From positions 704,001-768,000 of the forward strand of contig JBDRZU010000001.1 in assembly GCA_039804105.1 (NCBI GenBank): a DNA stretch of 64,000 nucleotides, written 5' to 3'. The notes below the pieces were generated by a model. That model was given only the letters and a program-made list of their open reading frames with translations. It was not told where the DNA came from and made no database searches. The position numbers and the translations under genes were made by a program. This document shows, piece by piece, positions 47,557 through 57,855 of the stretch (positions are counted from its first letter, which is position 1; each line of letters starts with the position of its first letter). The stretch comes from a candidate division WOR-3 bacterium (lineage in GTDB: Bacteria > Hydrothermota > 32-111).

Positions 47557-48828
47557 TCAACCCTTAAAAATTCTTAAAAGATCGTTAAAGGTAACAAGTA
47601 TAATCAAACTGAAAAGAATAAATATTCCAACATACTGATATATCTGCATAAACTTTTTATTTGCTTTAATCTTTGTTATAAGTTCAAAAATATAGATCAA
47701 AATATATGAACCATCAAGTGGAGGGAATGGAATCAGATTGAATATAAAAAGGTTGATCGAAAAGAATGCGAGAAAAGATAAAAAAGTTTCAAAACCTATT
47801 TTTAATGTCTGATCTGTCATCGTGTATATTGAAACTGGTCCACCCAAATTTTTTAATGCCATTTTCCCCATAAACATTTGTTGTAAAAATTTTAATATCG
47901 ATAAAGATATAATTTTTACTCGATCAAAAGTAAGTTTTAGAGAATTAACAAAATCAACTTTTTTCGTTTCATAAGAAAACCCAATTCCAAGAAAACCATA
48001 CTCTTTGAATTCTCCAGAAACACTATCTTTTCTAATCTCAGGTTTCACTTTCAAAAGGAGAGTGTCATTTCCTCTTAAAATCAAAAAATCCATTTCCTCT
48101 TTGTAATGGTATTTCATAACTTCGGAGATATCCTGCCATGCAATAATGTTGAAATCATCTATTTTTATTATTCTATCACCTTTTCTGATCCCATACTTTG
48201 AAGCAGATGAATTTTCATTAACTAACCCTACAACAGGAGGAAATTGAGGTGTTATAAAAAGTGAATCGGGTTTATCGAGTTTAAATTTTATTTCAACTTT
48301 TTCATCATTTCTTAAAACTTTAAAAACATTCTCTTTATCAGGTATCAGATTTATAAAAATATCGTTAAAACTTTTTACTTCTGTTCCATTAACGCTTATG
48401 ATAAGGTCATTTTTGTTAAAATAATCTTTATAGGGACCAGATACATCATATAATGGAGTATTTTCAATATTCGTTACTCCATAAAAATAAACTGTTATAA
48501 AAATGATCAAAAAAGCAAAAATAAAATTAAAAAATGGACCTGAAAATATCACAAGAATCCTTTTTATAGGATTTTTATTCATGAAATCATCCTGATCCCG
48601 TTCTTTACTCTCAAAATCTTCCATTCCTTTTAATCTCACATATCCACCAAAAGGGAGTATTGAGAAAACATATTCTGTTTCATTTTTCTTGAATCCAAAA
48701 AGTTTTTTACCTAAACCAACTGAAAATGTTAAAACTCCAACTCTAAAGATTTTTGCAACTATGAAATGACCAAACTCATGAACTATAACCATTATTCCTA
48801 AAGTTAAAACCATTATTAAAAAACTCAT
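47557..48828 (-). CDS. rseP: RIP metalloprotease RseP
   Basis: HEFGH, PFGGYV, two PDZ domains, NLIPFPPLDG. Confidence 0.95.
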   Translation of the reverse strand: MSFLIMVLTLGIMVIVHEFGHFIVAKIFRVGVLTFSVGLGKKLFGFKKNETEYVFSILPFGGYVRLKGMEDFESKERDQDDFMNKNPIKRILVIFSGPFFNFIFAFLIIFITVYFYGVTNIENTPLYDVSGPYKDYFNKNDLIISVNGTEVKSFNDIFINLIPDKENVFKVLRNDEKVEIKFKLDKPDSLFITPQFPPVVGLVNENSSASKYGIRKGDRIIKIDDFNIIAWQDISEVMKYHYKEEMDFLILRGNDTLLLKVKPEIRKDSVSGEFKEYGFLGIGFSYETKKVDFVNSLKLTFDRVKIISLSILKFLQQMFMGKMALKNLGGPVSIYTMTDQTLKIGFETFLSFLAFFSINLFIFNLIPFPPLDGSYILIYIFELITKIKANKKFMQIYQYVGIFILFSLIILVTFNDLLRIFKG

Positions 48829-49955
48829 ACTTTTTCTCCAAATATTTCTGTTAATTTTTTCGCTTCAATCTCACTTTTTTGAATATTTTCAATAGTTACT
48901 TTTTTTACAAAGTTTATGTTTTTCATAACTTTTTCAATCAGATCAACTATTTGATTGAATTTTATTTTACCTTTTGTGAAAAGTTCTACAGCCTTTTCAT
49001 TTGAAGCGTTGAATACTGCAGGCATATTGCCACCTTTTTCAATAGCCATATAAGCAAGTTTTAATGATTTATATTTTTCAGGTGGAGCTGGATGGAATGA
49101 AAAATCGATTTTCATTTTTTCGTCCAATAAATCTATAGATGGTGTTTCTGCCCTATCTGGATGTAGCAAAGCATACTCTATGGGTAAAACCATATCTGGT
49201 TGTGCCATATGACAAATATATGTGCCATCTTTTAAAAGAACGATAGCATGTACCAAAGAGTTTGGATGAATCATTACTCCAACCATTTCGGGTTTGAGAT
49301 CAAACAGTCTGCATGCTTCGATTATCTCAAGTCCTTTGTTTACCATAGTTGATGAGTCAACTGTAACTTTAACTCCCATATTCCATACAGGATGTTTTAA
49401 AACCTCTTCTATGGTTAAATCATCCTTATTCATTTTGAAAGGAACACCACCAGATGCAGTTATATAACATTTTTTAATTTTTTTTCGATCAACAAACGAT
49501 AAAAGTTGCCATAAAGCTGAATGTTCTGAATCTATAGGTTTTATTAAGGATCTTTTGTGTTTTTTCAATTCTTTTTTTATTATATCACCATACGAAACTA
49601 TAGTTTCCTTATTTGCGAGTGCTATGTTCTTTCCCCTCTTGATTCCAAAATATGTTGGGAAAAAACCTATTGAACCTACAAGAGCATTTAAAACTATGTC
49701 ATAATCAAGATTTTTGACAAAATAAGAGTTAACATCCTCTTTTATATTCCTTTTTCTTTTTCCCTCATAGATTAGTGATTCGTTATAAAGACCAATATTT
49801 TTGACTGAAAACTCTTCAGATATTTTAATAAGTTGTTCTTTATTTTTATTTGCGGTTATTCCAACAATTTTGAATTTCTCAGGATACTTTTTTACAACTT
49901 TGAGTGCACTTTTTCCAATTGAGCCAGTTGCTCCAAGAATCAGAATCTTTTTCAC
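48825..49955 (-). CDS. dxr: 1-deoxy-D-xylulose-5-phosphate reductoisomerase
   Basis: LGATGSIG, LANKE, PIDSEHSA, HPVWNMG.K, NKGLE.IEA. Confidence 0.96.
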   Translation of the reverse strand: MKKILILGATGSIGKSALKVVKKYPEKFKIVGITANKNKEQLIKISEEFSVKNIGLYNESLIYEGKRKRNIKEDVNSYFVKNLDYDIVLNALVGSIGFFPTYFGIKRGKNIALANKETIVSYGDIIKKELKKHKRSLIKPIDSEHSALWQLLSFVDRKKIKKCYITASGGVPFKMNKDDLTIEEVLKHPVWNMGVKVTVDSSTMVNKGLEIIEACRLFDLKPEMVGVMIHPNSLVHAIVLLKDGTYICHMAQPDMVLPIEYALLHPDRAETPSIDLLDEKMKIDFSFHPAPPEKYKSLKLAYMAIEKGGNMPAVFNASNEKAVELFTKGKIKFNQIVDLIEKVMKNINFVKKVTIENIQKSEIEAKKLTEIFGEKV

Positions 49956-50791
49956 AATAGCCTGCTTTTTATAACGAATATAAAATAATAATAAAACAAA
50001 GGTAAAGCGAAAAGCACTGAATCAAATCTATCGAGCACCCCACCATGTCCTGGTAAAAATGATGACACATCCTTTAGTTTTGCATCCCTTTTCATTGCTG
50101 ATTCAACAAGATCTCCAGCAAGACCTCCAACGGATGATATCAGAGAAAAAACGGTTACATCAACCATATTGAGTTCTTTGAAAAAAAATGATGAAAATAA
50201 AAAACCTGATATCAAAGAAAAAATAAAACCACCCAAAAGACCTTCATAAGATTTTGATGGACTGATCTTCGGTATTATTTTATGCTTTCCAAATTTGCTT
50301 CCCACAAAGAAAGCACCTGTATCAGCCATCCAGATCATTAGAAAAGATATGTATATCAGTTTAGGAGAATTTAAAATATTATAACTTTCGCTTCCAAGAA
50401 GGATCATATGCCCACCAAGCCAGCCAGTGTATAGCACTCCAAATGTTGTTACTGCCATATAAACTATAGATTTTGCAGGATCGTTCCGTTTCAGTTCAAA
50501 TATTGAAATGAACATTAAAAGAACAGTTATCAAAAAATATGTAAAGAGTGCTGATGAATAGTTCATTATAAAACCAAGAAGAACTGACGCGAATATCCCA
50601 GTTCTCAAATAAGGGTTTAGACCTTTCTCTCTTAAAATATAGAAAAATTCATAAGCCATAATACTTATTATTCCAAGCATTAAAAAAAGATAAGGATATG
50701 ATCCATAATTGAAAATCACAAGAAAAAATGGAATGAAAAGAAAAGAGGTTAATAACCTATAAGAAAGGTTTTCCTGGTTAAACTTTGCCAA
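49952..50791 (-). CDS. cdsA: Phosphatidate cytidylyltransferase
   Basis: DTGAFFVG, ISPSKSYEG, GDLVES..KR....KD....PGHGGVLDRFDS. Start placed at TTG 50791. Confidence 0.93.
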   Translation of the reverse strand: MAKFNQENLSYRLLTSFLFIPFFLVIFNYGSYPYLFLMLGIISIMAYEFFYILREKGLNPYLRTGIFASVLLGFIMNYSSALFTYFLITVLLMFISIFELKRNDPAKSIVYMAVTTFGVLYTGWLGGHMILLGSESYNILNSPKLIYISFLMIWMADTGAFFVGSKFGKHKIIPKISPSKSYEGLLGGFIFSLISGFLFSSFFFKELNMVDVTVFSLISSVGGLAGDLVESAMKRDAKLKDVSSFLPGHGGVLDRFDSVLFALPLFYYYFIFVIKSRLL

Positions 50792-51497
50792 ACCTTCTCT
50801 CCCTTTTAGAATAATCCAACAACGCCTTGTCAAACTCTTTCTCATCAAAATCTGGCCATAGAACATTGGTAAAATAAAATTCTGAATATGCTGTTTGCCA
50901 TAGAAGAAAATTTGAAATTCTATACTCACCACTTGTTCTTATGACAAGATCTGGATCTGGAACATCCGGGAGATACAAATGTTTTGAAAATTCTTCGTTA
51001 TCCAAACTTTCAAGTTGGTTCAATTTAAGTTTTCTACATATCTCTTTACATGCATCAACGATTTCCTGTCTTCCACCATAATCGAAGGCAAGAATTAGAG
51101 TTAAACCTGTATTATTTTTCGTAACCTCCTGGGCATTTTCCATTCTATCGAGTAACTCTTTTGATAACCTGTTTCTCCTTCCAATAAACAACATTCTAAC
51201 ATTGTTTTTATAAAGTTCAGGAATTTCCTGTTCAAGAAGTTTCGAAAAAAGTTTCATCAATCCTTCAACTTCACTTTTCGGTCGATTCCAATTTTCAGTT
51301 GAAAATGAAAACAGAGTCAAATATTTTACTCCAACTTTCGCTGAATGTTTAACAATCCTTCTGACAGATTCAACTCCCTTTTTATGCCCATACAATCTAT
51401 TCTTTCCTCTCATTTTCGCCCATCTACCATTACCATCCATAATGATGGCAACATGTTGGGGAATAGATTTTTCTTTTTCAACTTCCAAGGATTTCAT
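50778..51497 (-). CDS. uppS: Undecaprenyl diphosphate synthase
   Basis: HVAIIMDGNGRWA, FSTENW.RP, IRTSGE.RISNFLLWQ. Confidence 0.97.
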   Translation of the reverse strand: MKSLEVEKEKSIPQHVAIIMDGNGRWAKMRGKNRLYGHKKGVESVRRIVKHSAKVGVKYLTLFSFSTENWNRPKSEVEGLMKLFSKLLEQEIPELYKNNVRMLFIGRRNRLSKELLDRMENAQEVTKNNTGLTLILAFDYGGRQEIVDACKEICRKLKLNQLESLDNEEFSKHLYLPDVPDPDLVIRTSGEYRISNFLLWQTAYSEFYFTNVLWPDFDEKEFDKALLDYSKRERRFGKV

Positions 51498-52035
51498 TTT
51501 CCTTCTTTGTGACTATCTCATCGATTTCACCAATATATTTTTCTGTCAATTTCTGAATTTCCTTCTCCAATCTTTCTTCATCATCTTCTGAAATAGTTCC
51601 ATCCTTTTTCATATTTTTGAGTTTTTCAATGTTGTCTCTCCTTATCTGTCTGATAACAATTCTCGATTCCTCAGCAAGTTTTTTAATGGTTTTGACTATT
51701 TCCTTTCTTCTTTCTTCTGTAAGAGGTGGAACGGAAATTCTTATCACATTACCATCATTTGTTGGGGTAAGACCGATATTCGCCTTTAGGATCTCTTTTT
51801 CGATAACAGAAAGTATACTTTTATCCCAAGGCTGAACAACTATCAATTTTGGATCAGGAGTTGATATTGTTGAAACCTGATTTAAAGGTGATTTCACACC
51901 ATAGTAATCTATATGTATACCATCGAGTAATGCGGGAGTGGCTTTCCCTGTTCTAATCTTTGAAAGTTCACTTTTAAAATTATCAACACTTTTTTTCATA
52001 GAAACTTCAGAATCATGTAAAAGTTTTTCAGGCAT
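51478..52035 (-). CDS. frr: Ribosome recycling factor
   Basis: IRTGKA, PPLTEERRKE. Start MPEKLL. Confidence 0.96.
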   Translation of the reverse strand: MPEKLLHDSEVSMKKSVDNFKSELSKIRTGKATPALLDGIHIDYYGVKSPLNQVSTISTPDPKLIVVQPWDKSILSVIEKEILKANIGLTPTNDGNVIRISVPPLTEERRKEIVKTIKKLAEESRIVIRQIRRDNIEKLKNMKKDGTISEDDEERLEKEIQKLTEKYIGEIDEIVTKKENEILGS

Positions 52036-52045
52036 ATTTCCCCCT

Positions 52046-52762
52046 TTAACTAACAAGTGTTCCTATTTCTTCACCTTTTACAATCTTTATAAGGTTACCA
52101 TACTTTAAAATGTTAAAAACTATAATCGGAAGTTTGTTCTCTTTACTCAGTGATATTGCAGTCATATCCATAACATTGAGTTCTTTGATAAGAACAGAAG
52201 AATAGTTAATGTTTTTAAACATCTTTGCATTTTTATTTTTAACAGGATCAATATCAAAAACTCCATCGACTTTTGTCCCTTTTAAAAGCACTTCACAACC
52301 AATTTCAGATGCTCTCAAAACAGCTGCTGTATCCGTTGTGAAAAAGGGATTTCCCGTTCCACCTGTAAAGATAACTATTCTTTTTTTATCAAGATGTGAT
52401 AAAGCTTTTCTTCTGATATAAGGTTCAGCAATCTGTTTTATCTCAATCGCTGTCATCATCCTCGTACTTACACCATTTTTTTCTATCATCGCCTGTAAAA
52501 CCATTCCATTTATAACTGTTGAAAGCATTCCTGTGTAATCCGCTGTAACCTTATCAAGATGGAGTTGGTTTACAAGTTTTGATCCTCTTATGATGTTTCC
52601 TCCACCTATAACGATTCCTACATCAACTCCCATCTTATAAACTTCAACAATCTCATCTACAAGTGTTGAAAGAGATTTTTCAGAAAAAACATAATCTTTG
52701 TCTCCAAGGATCTCACCTGAGAGTTTCAACAGGATCCTTTTATATTTCGGTTTGGTTTTCAT
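52046..52762 (-). CDS. pyrH: UMP kinase
   Basis: RILLKLSGE, GGGNI.RG, GTGNPFFTTDTAA. Confidence 0.97.
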   Translation of the reverse strand: MKTKPKYKRILLKLSGEILGDKDYVFSEKSLSTLVDEIVEVYKMGVDVGIVIGGGNIIRGSKLVNQLHLDKVTADYTGMLSTVINGMVLQAMIEKNGVSTRMMTAIEIKQIAEPYIRRKALSHLDKKRIVIFTGGTGNPFFTTDTAAVLRASEIGCEVLLKGTKVDGVFDIDPVKNKNAKMFKNINYSSVLIKELNVMDMTAISLSKENKLPIIVFNILKYGNLIKIVKGEEIGTLVS

Positions 52763-53359
52763 CTATTCTCCGATTTTAAAAATCGAGAATCTACTAACTA
52801 TTATATTTTCACCAAATTTTGCTATATTCTCTTTTATATAATCCTCAACAGTTTTCTTATCCTCTGAACCAAAAAACTGTTGTCTATAAAGACAGTTCTC
52901 TTCAAAGAATTTCTGGAGTTTGTTTTCAATGATTTTATCGATAACATTTTGAGGTTTTTTCTGATCCTTTAACTGTTCTTTATAAATCTCTTTCTCTTTT
53001 TCGATGACTTCCTGTGGGACATCGGTCTCTTTTATGTACTGTGGTTCCATCGCACCGATATGAATCGCTATCTGGTGAGCCATATCCATAAATTCCTGTG
53101 TCTTTGCAACAAAATCGGTTTCACAGTTAACCTCAACTAAAACTCCAAGTTTTTTATTGTAATGTATGTAAGCGTCAATAACTCCTTCTGTTGCTGTTCT
53201 TGAAGATTTTTTTGCAGCTTTAAGAATACCTTCTTTTCTTAAGTATTCAATAGCTTTTTCAATATCTCCATCATTCTTTATCAATGCATTTTTACAGTCC
53301 ATTATTCCGAGGCCTGTTCTTTCTTTTAACTCTTTTATCATATCCATTGTGATATTCAT
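52763..53359 (-). CDS. tsf: Elongation factor Ts (short form)
   Basis: [26 protein letters not shown]. Confidence 0.96.
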   Translation of the reverse strand: MNITMDMIKELKERTGLGIMDCKNALIKNDGDIEKAIEYLRKEGILKAAKKSSRTATEGVIDAYIHYNKKLGVLVEVNCETDFVAKTQEFMDMAHQIAIHIGAMEPQYIKETDVPQEVIEKEKEIYKEQLKDQKKPQNVIDKIIENKLQKFFEENCLYRQQFFGSEDKKTVEDYIKENIAKFGENIIVSRFSIFKIGE

Positions 53360-53375
53360 AAAATCTCCTTGAAAA

Positions 53376-54191
53376 TTATTCTATTCTTCTTCTTCTTTTT
53401 ATTCTTTCAACCTTTTCACCTTCATCATCTATGTCTTCAACAAAATTTTCCTTCTTTCTTGTTTCACTCTGCATCGACTCTTCTCTTTTTTGATTTTCAA
53501 GAAAATCTTTTCTCTCCATAAGACCTTTGTTAACAGCGTCAGAAATAACTTTGGTCACTATTTCGATAGATTTTATAGCGTCATCGTTTCCAGGGATTGG
53601 AATCGTTACTATATCTGGATCAGAATTTGTGTCAACGAGTGCAATCACAGGTATGCCCATCAAGTTCGCTTCGTTTATAGCTATCTTGTGTTTTTTTGTA
53701 TCAACAACGAACATCACATCAGGCAACCTTGTCATCTCTTTAATACCAGAAAAGACCTTTGAAAGTTTTTCTATCTCCCTTTCCTTCATACTCTTTTCTT
53801 TTTTTGTGAGTTTATCATAATCTCCATTTTTTAATTTTGCTTCACTCTCTTTCAACTTATCTATTGTTCTTTTAACTGTTGAAAAGTTTGTTAAAAGACC
53901 ACCTAACCATCTTTCGTTGATATAGAATGAATTACAACTTTTTGCTTCCTGTTCGATTATGTCTTTTGCCTGTTTCTTTGTTCCCACAAAAAGTATCTGT
54001 CCACCATTTGCAATGATTTCTCTGACAAACTCGTTCGCTTTTTTTAACTGTTCAAGTGTTTTTAGAAGATCTATGATATAGATCCCATTTCTTGATGAAA
54101 AAATAAATGGTTTCATTTTCGGGTTCCATCTTTCGGTTTTATGTCCGAAATGAACTCCGCACTTCAAAAGTTCTTCAATTGTGATCTGCAT
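53376..54191 (-). CDS. rpsB: 30S ribosomal protein S2
   Basis: GVHFGH...WNPKM, VGTKKQA, RWLGG.LTN, PGNDDA. Start MQITIEE. Confidence 0.98.
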   Translation of the reverse strand: MQITIEELLKCGVHFGHKTERWNPKMKPFIFSSRNGIYIIDLLKTLEQLKKANEFVREIIANGGQILFVGTKKQAKDIIEQEAKSCNSFYINERWLGGLLTNFSTVKRTIDKLKESEAKLKNGDYDKLTKKEKSMKEREIEKLSKVFSGIKEMTRLPDVMFVVDTKKHKIAINEANLMGIPVIALVDTNSDPDIVTIPIPGNDDAIKSIEIVTKVISDAVNKGLMERKDFLENQKREESMQSETRKKENFVEDIDDEGEKVERIKRRRRIE

Positions 54192-54204
54192 AGAAAATCC
54201 TCCT

Positions 54205-54274
54205 TCGGTTAAATCTTCCACTGCTCCTATGGGAACAGATAAACTGCACCGCCCATAGGATTTGACCAGTGTGC
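54205..54274 (-). ncRNA. rpsB 5' leader RNA (S2 leader / t44-like)
   Basis: CACUG/CAGUG outer stem, UCCUAUGGG/CCCAUAGGA inner stem, bulged CGGU complementary to ACCG just before the RBS. Confidence 0.7.
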
Positions 54275-54286
54275 TTTTTTGTTAAA

Positions 54287-54676
54287 TTATCTCTTAGAGA
54301 ATTGATATCTCTTTCTTGCTTTAGCAAGTCCGTATTTTCTTCTCTCTTTTTCTCTTGGATCTCTTGTTAAAAGTCCATTGTCTTTGAGAACAACTTTAAA
54401 ATCTGGATACCTTCTTGCTATAGATCTTGCGATTCCCAGTTTTATGGCATCCTTTTGACCTGTGATCCCACCACCAGAAACTTTTGCATAAACAGAAACC
54501 TTTCTTTCAAGGTTACACAAACGTAAAACATTTAAAAGTTCTTCTCTGTGATCAAACCTTTTAACATAATCCTCAAGTTTCTTTCCATTTATCAAAAATT
54601 TTCCTTTGCCTTCAACTAATCTGACTCTTGCAACCGCCTCTTTTCTTCTTCCTACAAAAACATTATTTTCAGCCAA
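54287..54676 (-). CDS. rpsI: 30S ribosomal protein S9
   Basis: GRRKEAVARV, GGGITGQ, LTRDPR.KERRKYG..KARK..QFSKR. Confidence 0.98.
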   Translation of the reverse strand: MAENNVFVGRRKEAVARVRLVEGKGKFLINGKKLEDYVKRFDHREELLNVLRLCNLERKVSVYAKVSGGGITGQKDAIKLGIARSIARRYPDFKVVLKDNGLLTRDPREKERRKYGLAKARKRYQFSKR

Positions 54677-54685
54677 AGTTCCTCC

Positions 54686-55114
54686 TTATAATTTTATTTC
54701 AATTGGATTCTGTGCTTTATGTTTATGGTTTGAATCGTTGTAAACTTTTAATCTCGTTAACATCTTTCTGCCAAGTTTATTTTTGGGAAGCATCCTTTTC
54801 ACAGCAAGAGTGATGACTTTTGATGGATTCTTCTCAAGCATTTCTTTAAGAGAACTCTCTTTAAGATTTCCGATATATCCTGAATGTGAATAATAAATTT
54901 TATTAGAAAGTTTGTTCCCTGTAACCTTTATATCCTTTGCATTTATAACTATCACACCGTCACCATTATCTACATCTGGCTGATAGGTAACTTTGTTTTT
55001 CCCCATTAGAATAGTTGAAATCTTTGTTGATAGTCGACCAAGGGTTTTACCTTTAGCATCAACTATGTACCAGTTATGTTTGATTTCATTCTCTTTTACT
55101 CTCGTCGTTTTCAT
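54686..55114 (-). CDS. rplM: 50S ribosomal protein L13
   Basis: WYIVDA.GKTLGRL, HSGY.G.LK, MLPKNKLGR, H.AQ.P. Confidence 0.98.
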   Translation of the reverse strand: MKTTRVKENEIKHNWYIVDAKGKTLGRLSTKISTILMGKNKVTYQPDVDNGDGVIVINAKDIKVTGNKLSNKIYYSHSGYIGNLKESSLKEMLEKNPSKVITLAVKRMLPKNKLGRKMLTRLKVYNDSNHKHKAQNPIEIKL

Positions 55115-55123
55115 TTAAACTCC

Positions 55124-56200
55124 TTACTTCCCCTGTTTTTTTAAATCTTCATATTTCTTATATGCTTCCTGTGATTTATCGTTCATCTTCATTCTTGAAT
55201 AGCAATCAGCTTTTATTAAATAAAGATCACTTATTTCTGTTCCAGTTTTTGTAATATAATCATCGATAGTTTTAACAGCATCAGCATAATCTTTGTTCTT
55301 ATAATAAGCAAACCCCAAATTCAACATTGATTCAAAATCATCATCTTTAACTTTCAAAGCATTAACAAAGTTGACAATCGCTTCCTTGTAGTTCTTTTTC
55401 TCTTCAAGATAGATTTTCCCAAGTTTGAAGGAAACATCGTTTCTGTAAGTCGAGAGTTTGGATTTCATAGTCGAATCTGATGATTCATAAATTTTGTTGA
55501 AACTGTTGAAATTCTTTATTGCCTCATCAAAGTTTTTACTTGAATATGCTATCTCTCCAAGCCAGTAAATAATCTGTGGGTTTTCAGAATCGATCGCTTT
55601 TGCTTTATCAAGGTATTTCTTTGCTTCATCAAACTTTTCTATTCCAATATAATATTTTGCAACATTGAAAAATAAGGAAAGATTTTTAGGGTTCTTGGAA
55701 ATAGATTTTTCTATAGTTTTTGTCATGTTCGATTCATCACCAGTTTCAGCATAAAGTAGCACAAGATAGTCGTAGTTAATGGATGTATCTTTAACATCCT
55801 CTGCTTTTAAAAGATATTTTTCATATTTTGACTTATTCTCTTTGCTATCCTTATTTCTCAAAAAACCTGTTCCAGCATTAAAAAGTACTGGCCAATAAAA
55901 TTCAACATTCTCCTTCATCTCTTTTAAAACTTGACCTGTCGTATCCTTTTCAAGTGCGATGATAAAATATTCTGATGCTTTATCAAAATCACTTTTAGAA
56001 CCATATGCTTTTCCCATCCATAAATACGCTTGTGGGTTGTTCGGTTCAAGTTTTATCGCTTCATTGAACTGAATTATCGCTTTATCAAAATCGTTCTGTT
56101 GCATATATATTATACCTGATGACATATATTGATTGTTACATCCAGCCATAAGTATAATTACCATTGCAACGATTAACACCAAATTAAAAAACCTATACAT
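55124..56200 (-). CDS. TPR-repeat lipoprotein
   Basis: Lipobox MAGC, multiple TPRs. Confidence 0.8.
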   Translation of the reverse strand: MYRFFNLVLIVAMVIILMAGCNNQYMSSGIIYMQQNDFDKAIIQFNEAIKLEPNNPQAYLWMGKAYGSKSDFDKASEYFIIALEKDTTGQVLKEMKENVEFYWPVLFNAGTGFLRNKDSKENKSKYEKYLLKAEDVKDTSINYDYLVLLYAETGDESNMTKTIEKSISKNPKNLSLFFNVAKYYIGIEKFDEAKKYLDKAKAIDSENPQIIYWLGEIAYSSKNFDEAIKNFNSFNKIYESSDSTMKSKLSTYRNDVSFKLGKIYLEEKKNYKEAIVNFVNALKVKDDDFESMLNLGFAYYKNKDYADAVKTIDDYITKTGTEISDLYLIKADCYSRMKMNDKSQEAYKKYEDLKKQGK

Positions 56201-56239
56201 TTAAAACCTCCTGAAAAAAGAGCAGAATTTTAGTTTTTG

Positions 56240-56267
56240 ATTTTATCAAAAAAAAGTTTTTTGTCAA
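56240..56267 (-). promoter_or_regulatory. Putative sigma70 promoter of the TPR-rplM-rpsI-rpsB operon
   Basis: TTGACA-16 bp-(TGn)TAAAAT. Confidence 0.65.
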
Positions 56268-56323
56268 TAGTAAGAAGAAAGAGGCATTTTAAGGTTTTTG
56301 TATTTTTTGTAATAAGGAAGAAA

Positions 56324-56791
56324 TTATTTAAATAAATTATCTATAATGTTATCGACCTGATTCTTGAAATCTTTGTCAAATGTTATCCTTTCCTCCTCTT
56401 CCTTCATAAGTTTAATTATATTTTCACTTAATTTCTTCATCATCGTTTGAACAACCCCTATGATCGTATCTTTTGAAAAAAGTGAAACTATAATTATCTC
56501 ATCGTTCACAGCAAGATAAAAAAATGAAAACTTTTTACCTTCCTGAAAGAGTGTAAAAAAATAATCTTCTTTAACAAGTTTTGCAATACTTTTTGTTGCA
56601 TTAAAAATTCCAGCACATAAAGCTCCAAGTGATTGAGTATAATAGTTATCCTTTTTCATACCCATCTGAAAAAGTACCTGACCTGCACTATTTATGATAA
56701 GGACATTCAGGACTTTTGTATCCTGAATGAATGTCTTTAAAAACCGCTCAATATCTTTGACGGTAGGTTCATCAAGAACAAGTTTTTTCAT
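56324..56791 (-). CDS. mglB: MglB-like roadblock/LC7 protein
   Basis: LIINSAGQV...SLGALCAG.F.AT..IAKLV.E..F..LFQEG and C-terminal IDNLF, as in Myxococcus MglB. Confidence 0.82.
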   Translation of the reverse strand: MKKLVLDEPTVKDIERFLKTFIQDTKVLNVLIINSAGQVLFQMGMKKDNYYTQSLGALCAGIFNATKSIAKLVKEDYFFTLFQEGKKFSFFYLAVNDEIIIVSLFSKDTIIGVVQTMMKKLSENIIKLMKEEEERITFDKDFKNQVDNIIDNLFK

Positions 56792-56797
56792 AAAATT

Positions 56798-57142
56798 TTA
56801 TATATTCCCCTGAAGTTGCGCTGCAATATTTTTTATCTGTATTATCAAAGCCCCAATATTAACATTTTTTTCAGCGAGAGCAAATAATATAAATTTTTCT
56901 TTTGAAATAAAAAGTACTTCACCTTTTTCAGTGTATATCGTTGAAAATATTGGAAGTGAGTCGGTACTCTTTCCCAAACTTTTTTCCATCTCACTGTTTA
57001 TCTTTGCAACCATCGCTCCAAGTAGTTCTGCCATTTCAATTTCATAGAAAATCTTATCTACGATAAGTCCATCTTTCGTAAGAACAGCAACTCCTTTAAC
57101 CCCTGTTATCTCCATTATTTTTTCAATCTTTTCTTTTATCAT
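56798..57142 (-). CDS. Roadblock/LC7 domain protein
   Basis: GVKGVAVLTKDGLIV...LGAM...NIGAL. Confidence 0.85.
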   Translation of the reverse strand: MIKEKIEKIMEITGVKGVAVLTKDGLIVDKIFYEIEMAELLGAMVAKINSEMEKSLGKSTDSLPIFSTIYTEKGEVLFISKEKFILFALAEKNVNIGALIIQIKNIAAQLQGNI

Positions 57143-57855
57143 TGTTCAAGCACCTGTTTTATATTTTTTAACAACTGTTTTGCTTTTATCAGTATAAGAC
57201 CTATCTTCACAACCTCTTCGGTGAAGATTCCCAATATATAACCGTTACCTTTAAAAAGATATATTCTGACTTTTCCGATTTCAATAAAGATCCTATCTAC
57301 AAGACCAAGATCGGTTTTACTTATTGAATCTTCTGAAACAGAAAAAATCGTTGAAAAAAGTGCAGATGTTATTTCTGGATCAAGGTTTTCAAGTATTTTT
57401 GCCCTTATCACAAGACCTGATTCTTCAATTATTATACTTCCTAAAACTCCATTTATCGAGTTTATCTCTTCGAGTGATCTGTCAAGTAAATTTTCCGCTT
57501 CGTTTGCGGTTATCACATTATCCTTTTCTATCTTTTGCAATTCCTCATTTTTTATTTCAGGATTTTTTGATATACCAACATTTTCAACATTTACAGGTTG
57601 TGCTAATGAGATTACGGCCGGATCATCTGGAAATTCATTCAAAAGTTGATTCAAAACTTCAGTTGCGGACGGATCGTTCAACTCTTTTAAAGATTTGTAA
57701 AGCAAAACTTTTGCATCTTTTATATCGGGAAATTCTGAGAGAATGAGCTTACAATAGTTTATTGTTTCATTGAACGCTTTGTTCTTATAAAGATCCTCAG
57801 CGATCATTATAATAAGGGAAATACTATCCCTATCAACTTTCATTCCTTCATTCAA
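57139..57855 (-). CDS. Roadblock/LC7 domain protein with TPR-like N-terminus
   Basis: C-terminal GVLGSIIIEESGLVI...SALFS...KIGLI. TTG start after GGAGG. Confidence 0.8.
   Translation of the reverse strand: MNEGMKVDRDSISLIIMIAEDLYKNKAFNETINYCKLILSEFPDIKDAKVLLYKSLKELNDPSATEVLNQLLNEFPDDPAVISLAQPVNVENVGISKNPEIKNEELQKIEKDNVITANEAENLLDRSLEEINSINGVLGSIIIEESGLVIRAKILENLDPEITSALFSTIFSVSEDSISKTDLGLVDRIFIEIGKVRIYLFKGNGYILGIFTEEVVKIGLILIKAKQLLKNIKQVLEQ

Noticed and set aside
50792..50932. Long N-terminal extension of CdsA
   Set aside because: It overlaps uppS by more than 150 nt. TTG 50791 has a purine-rich RBS and gives a normal length.
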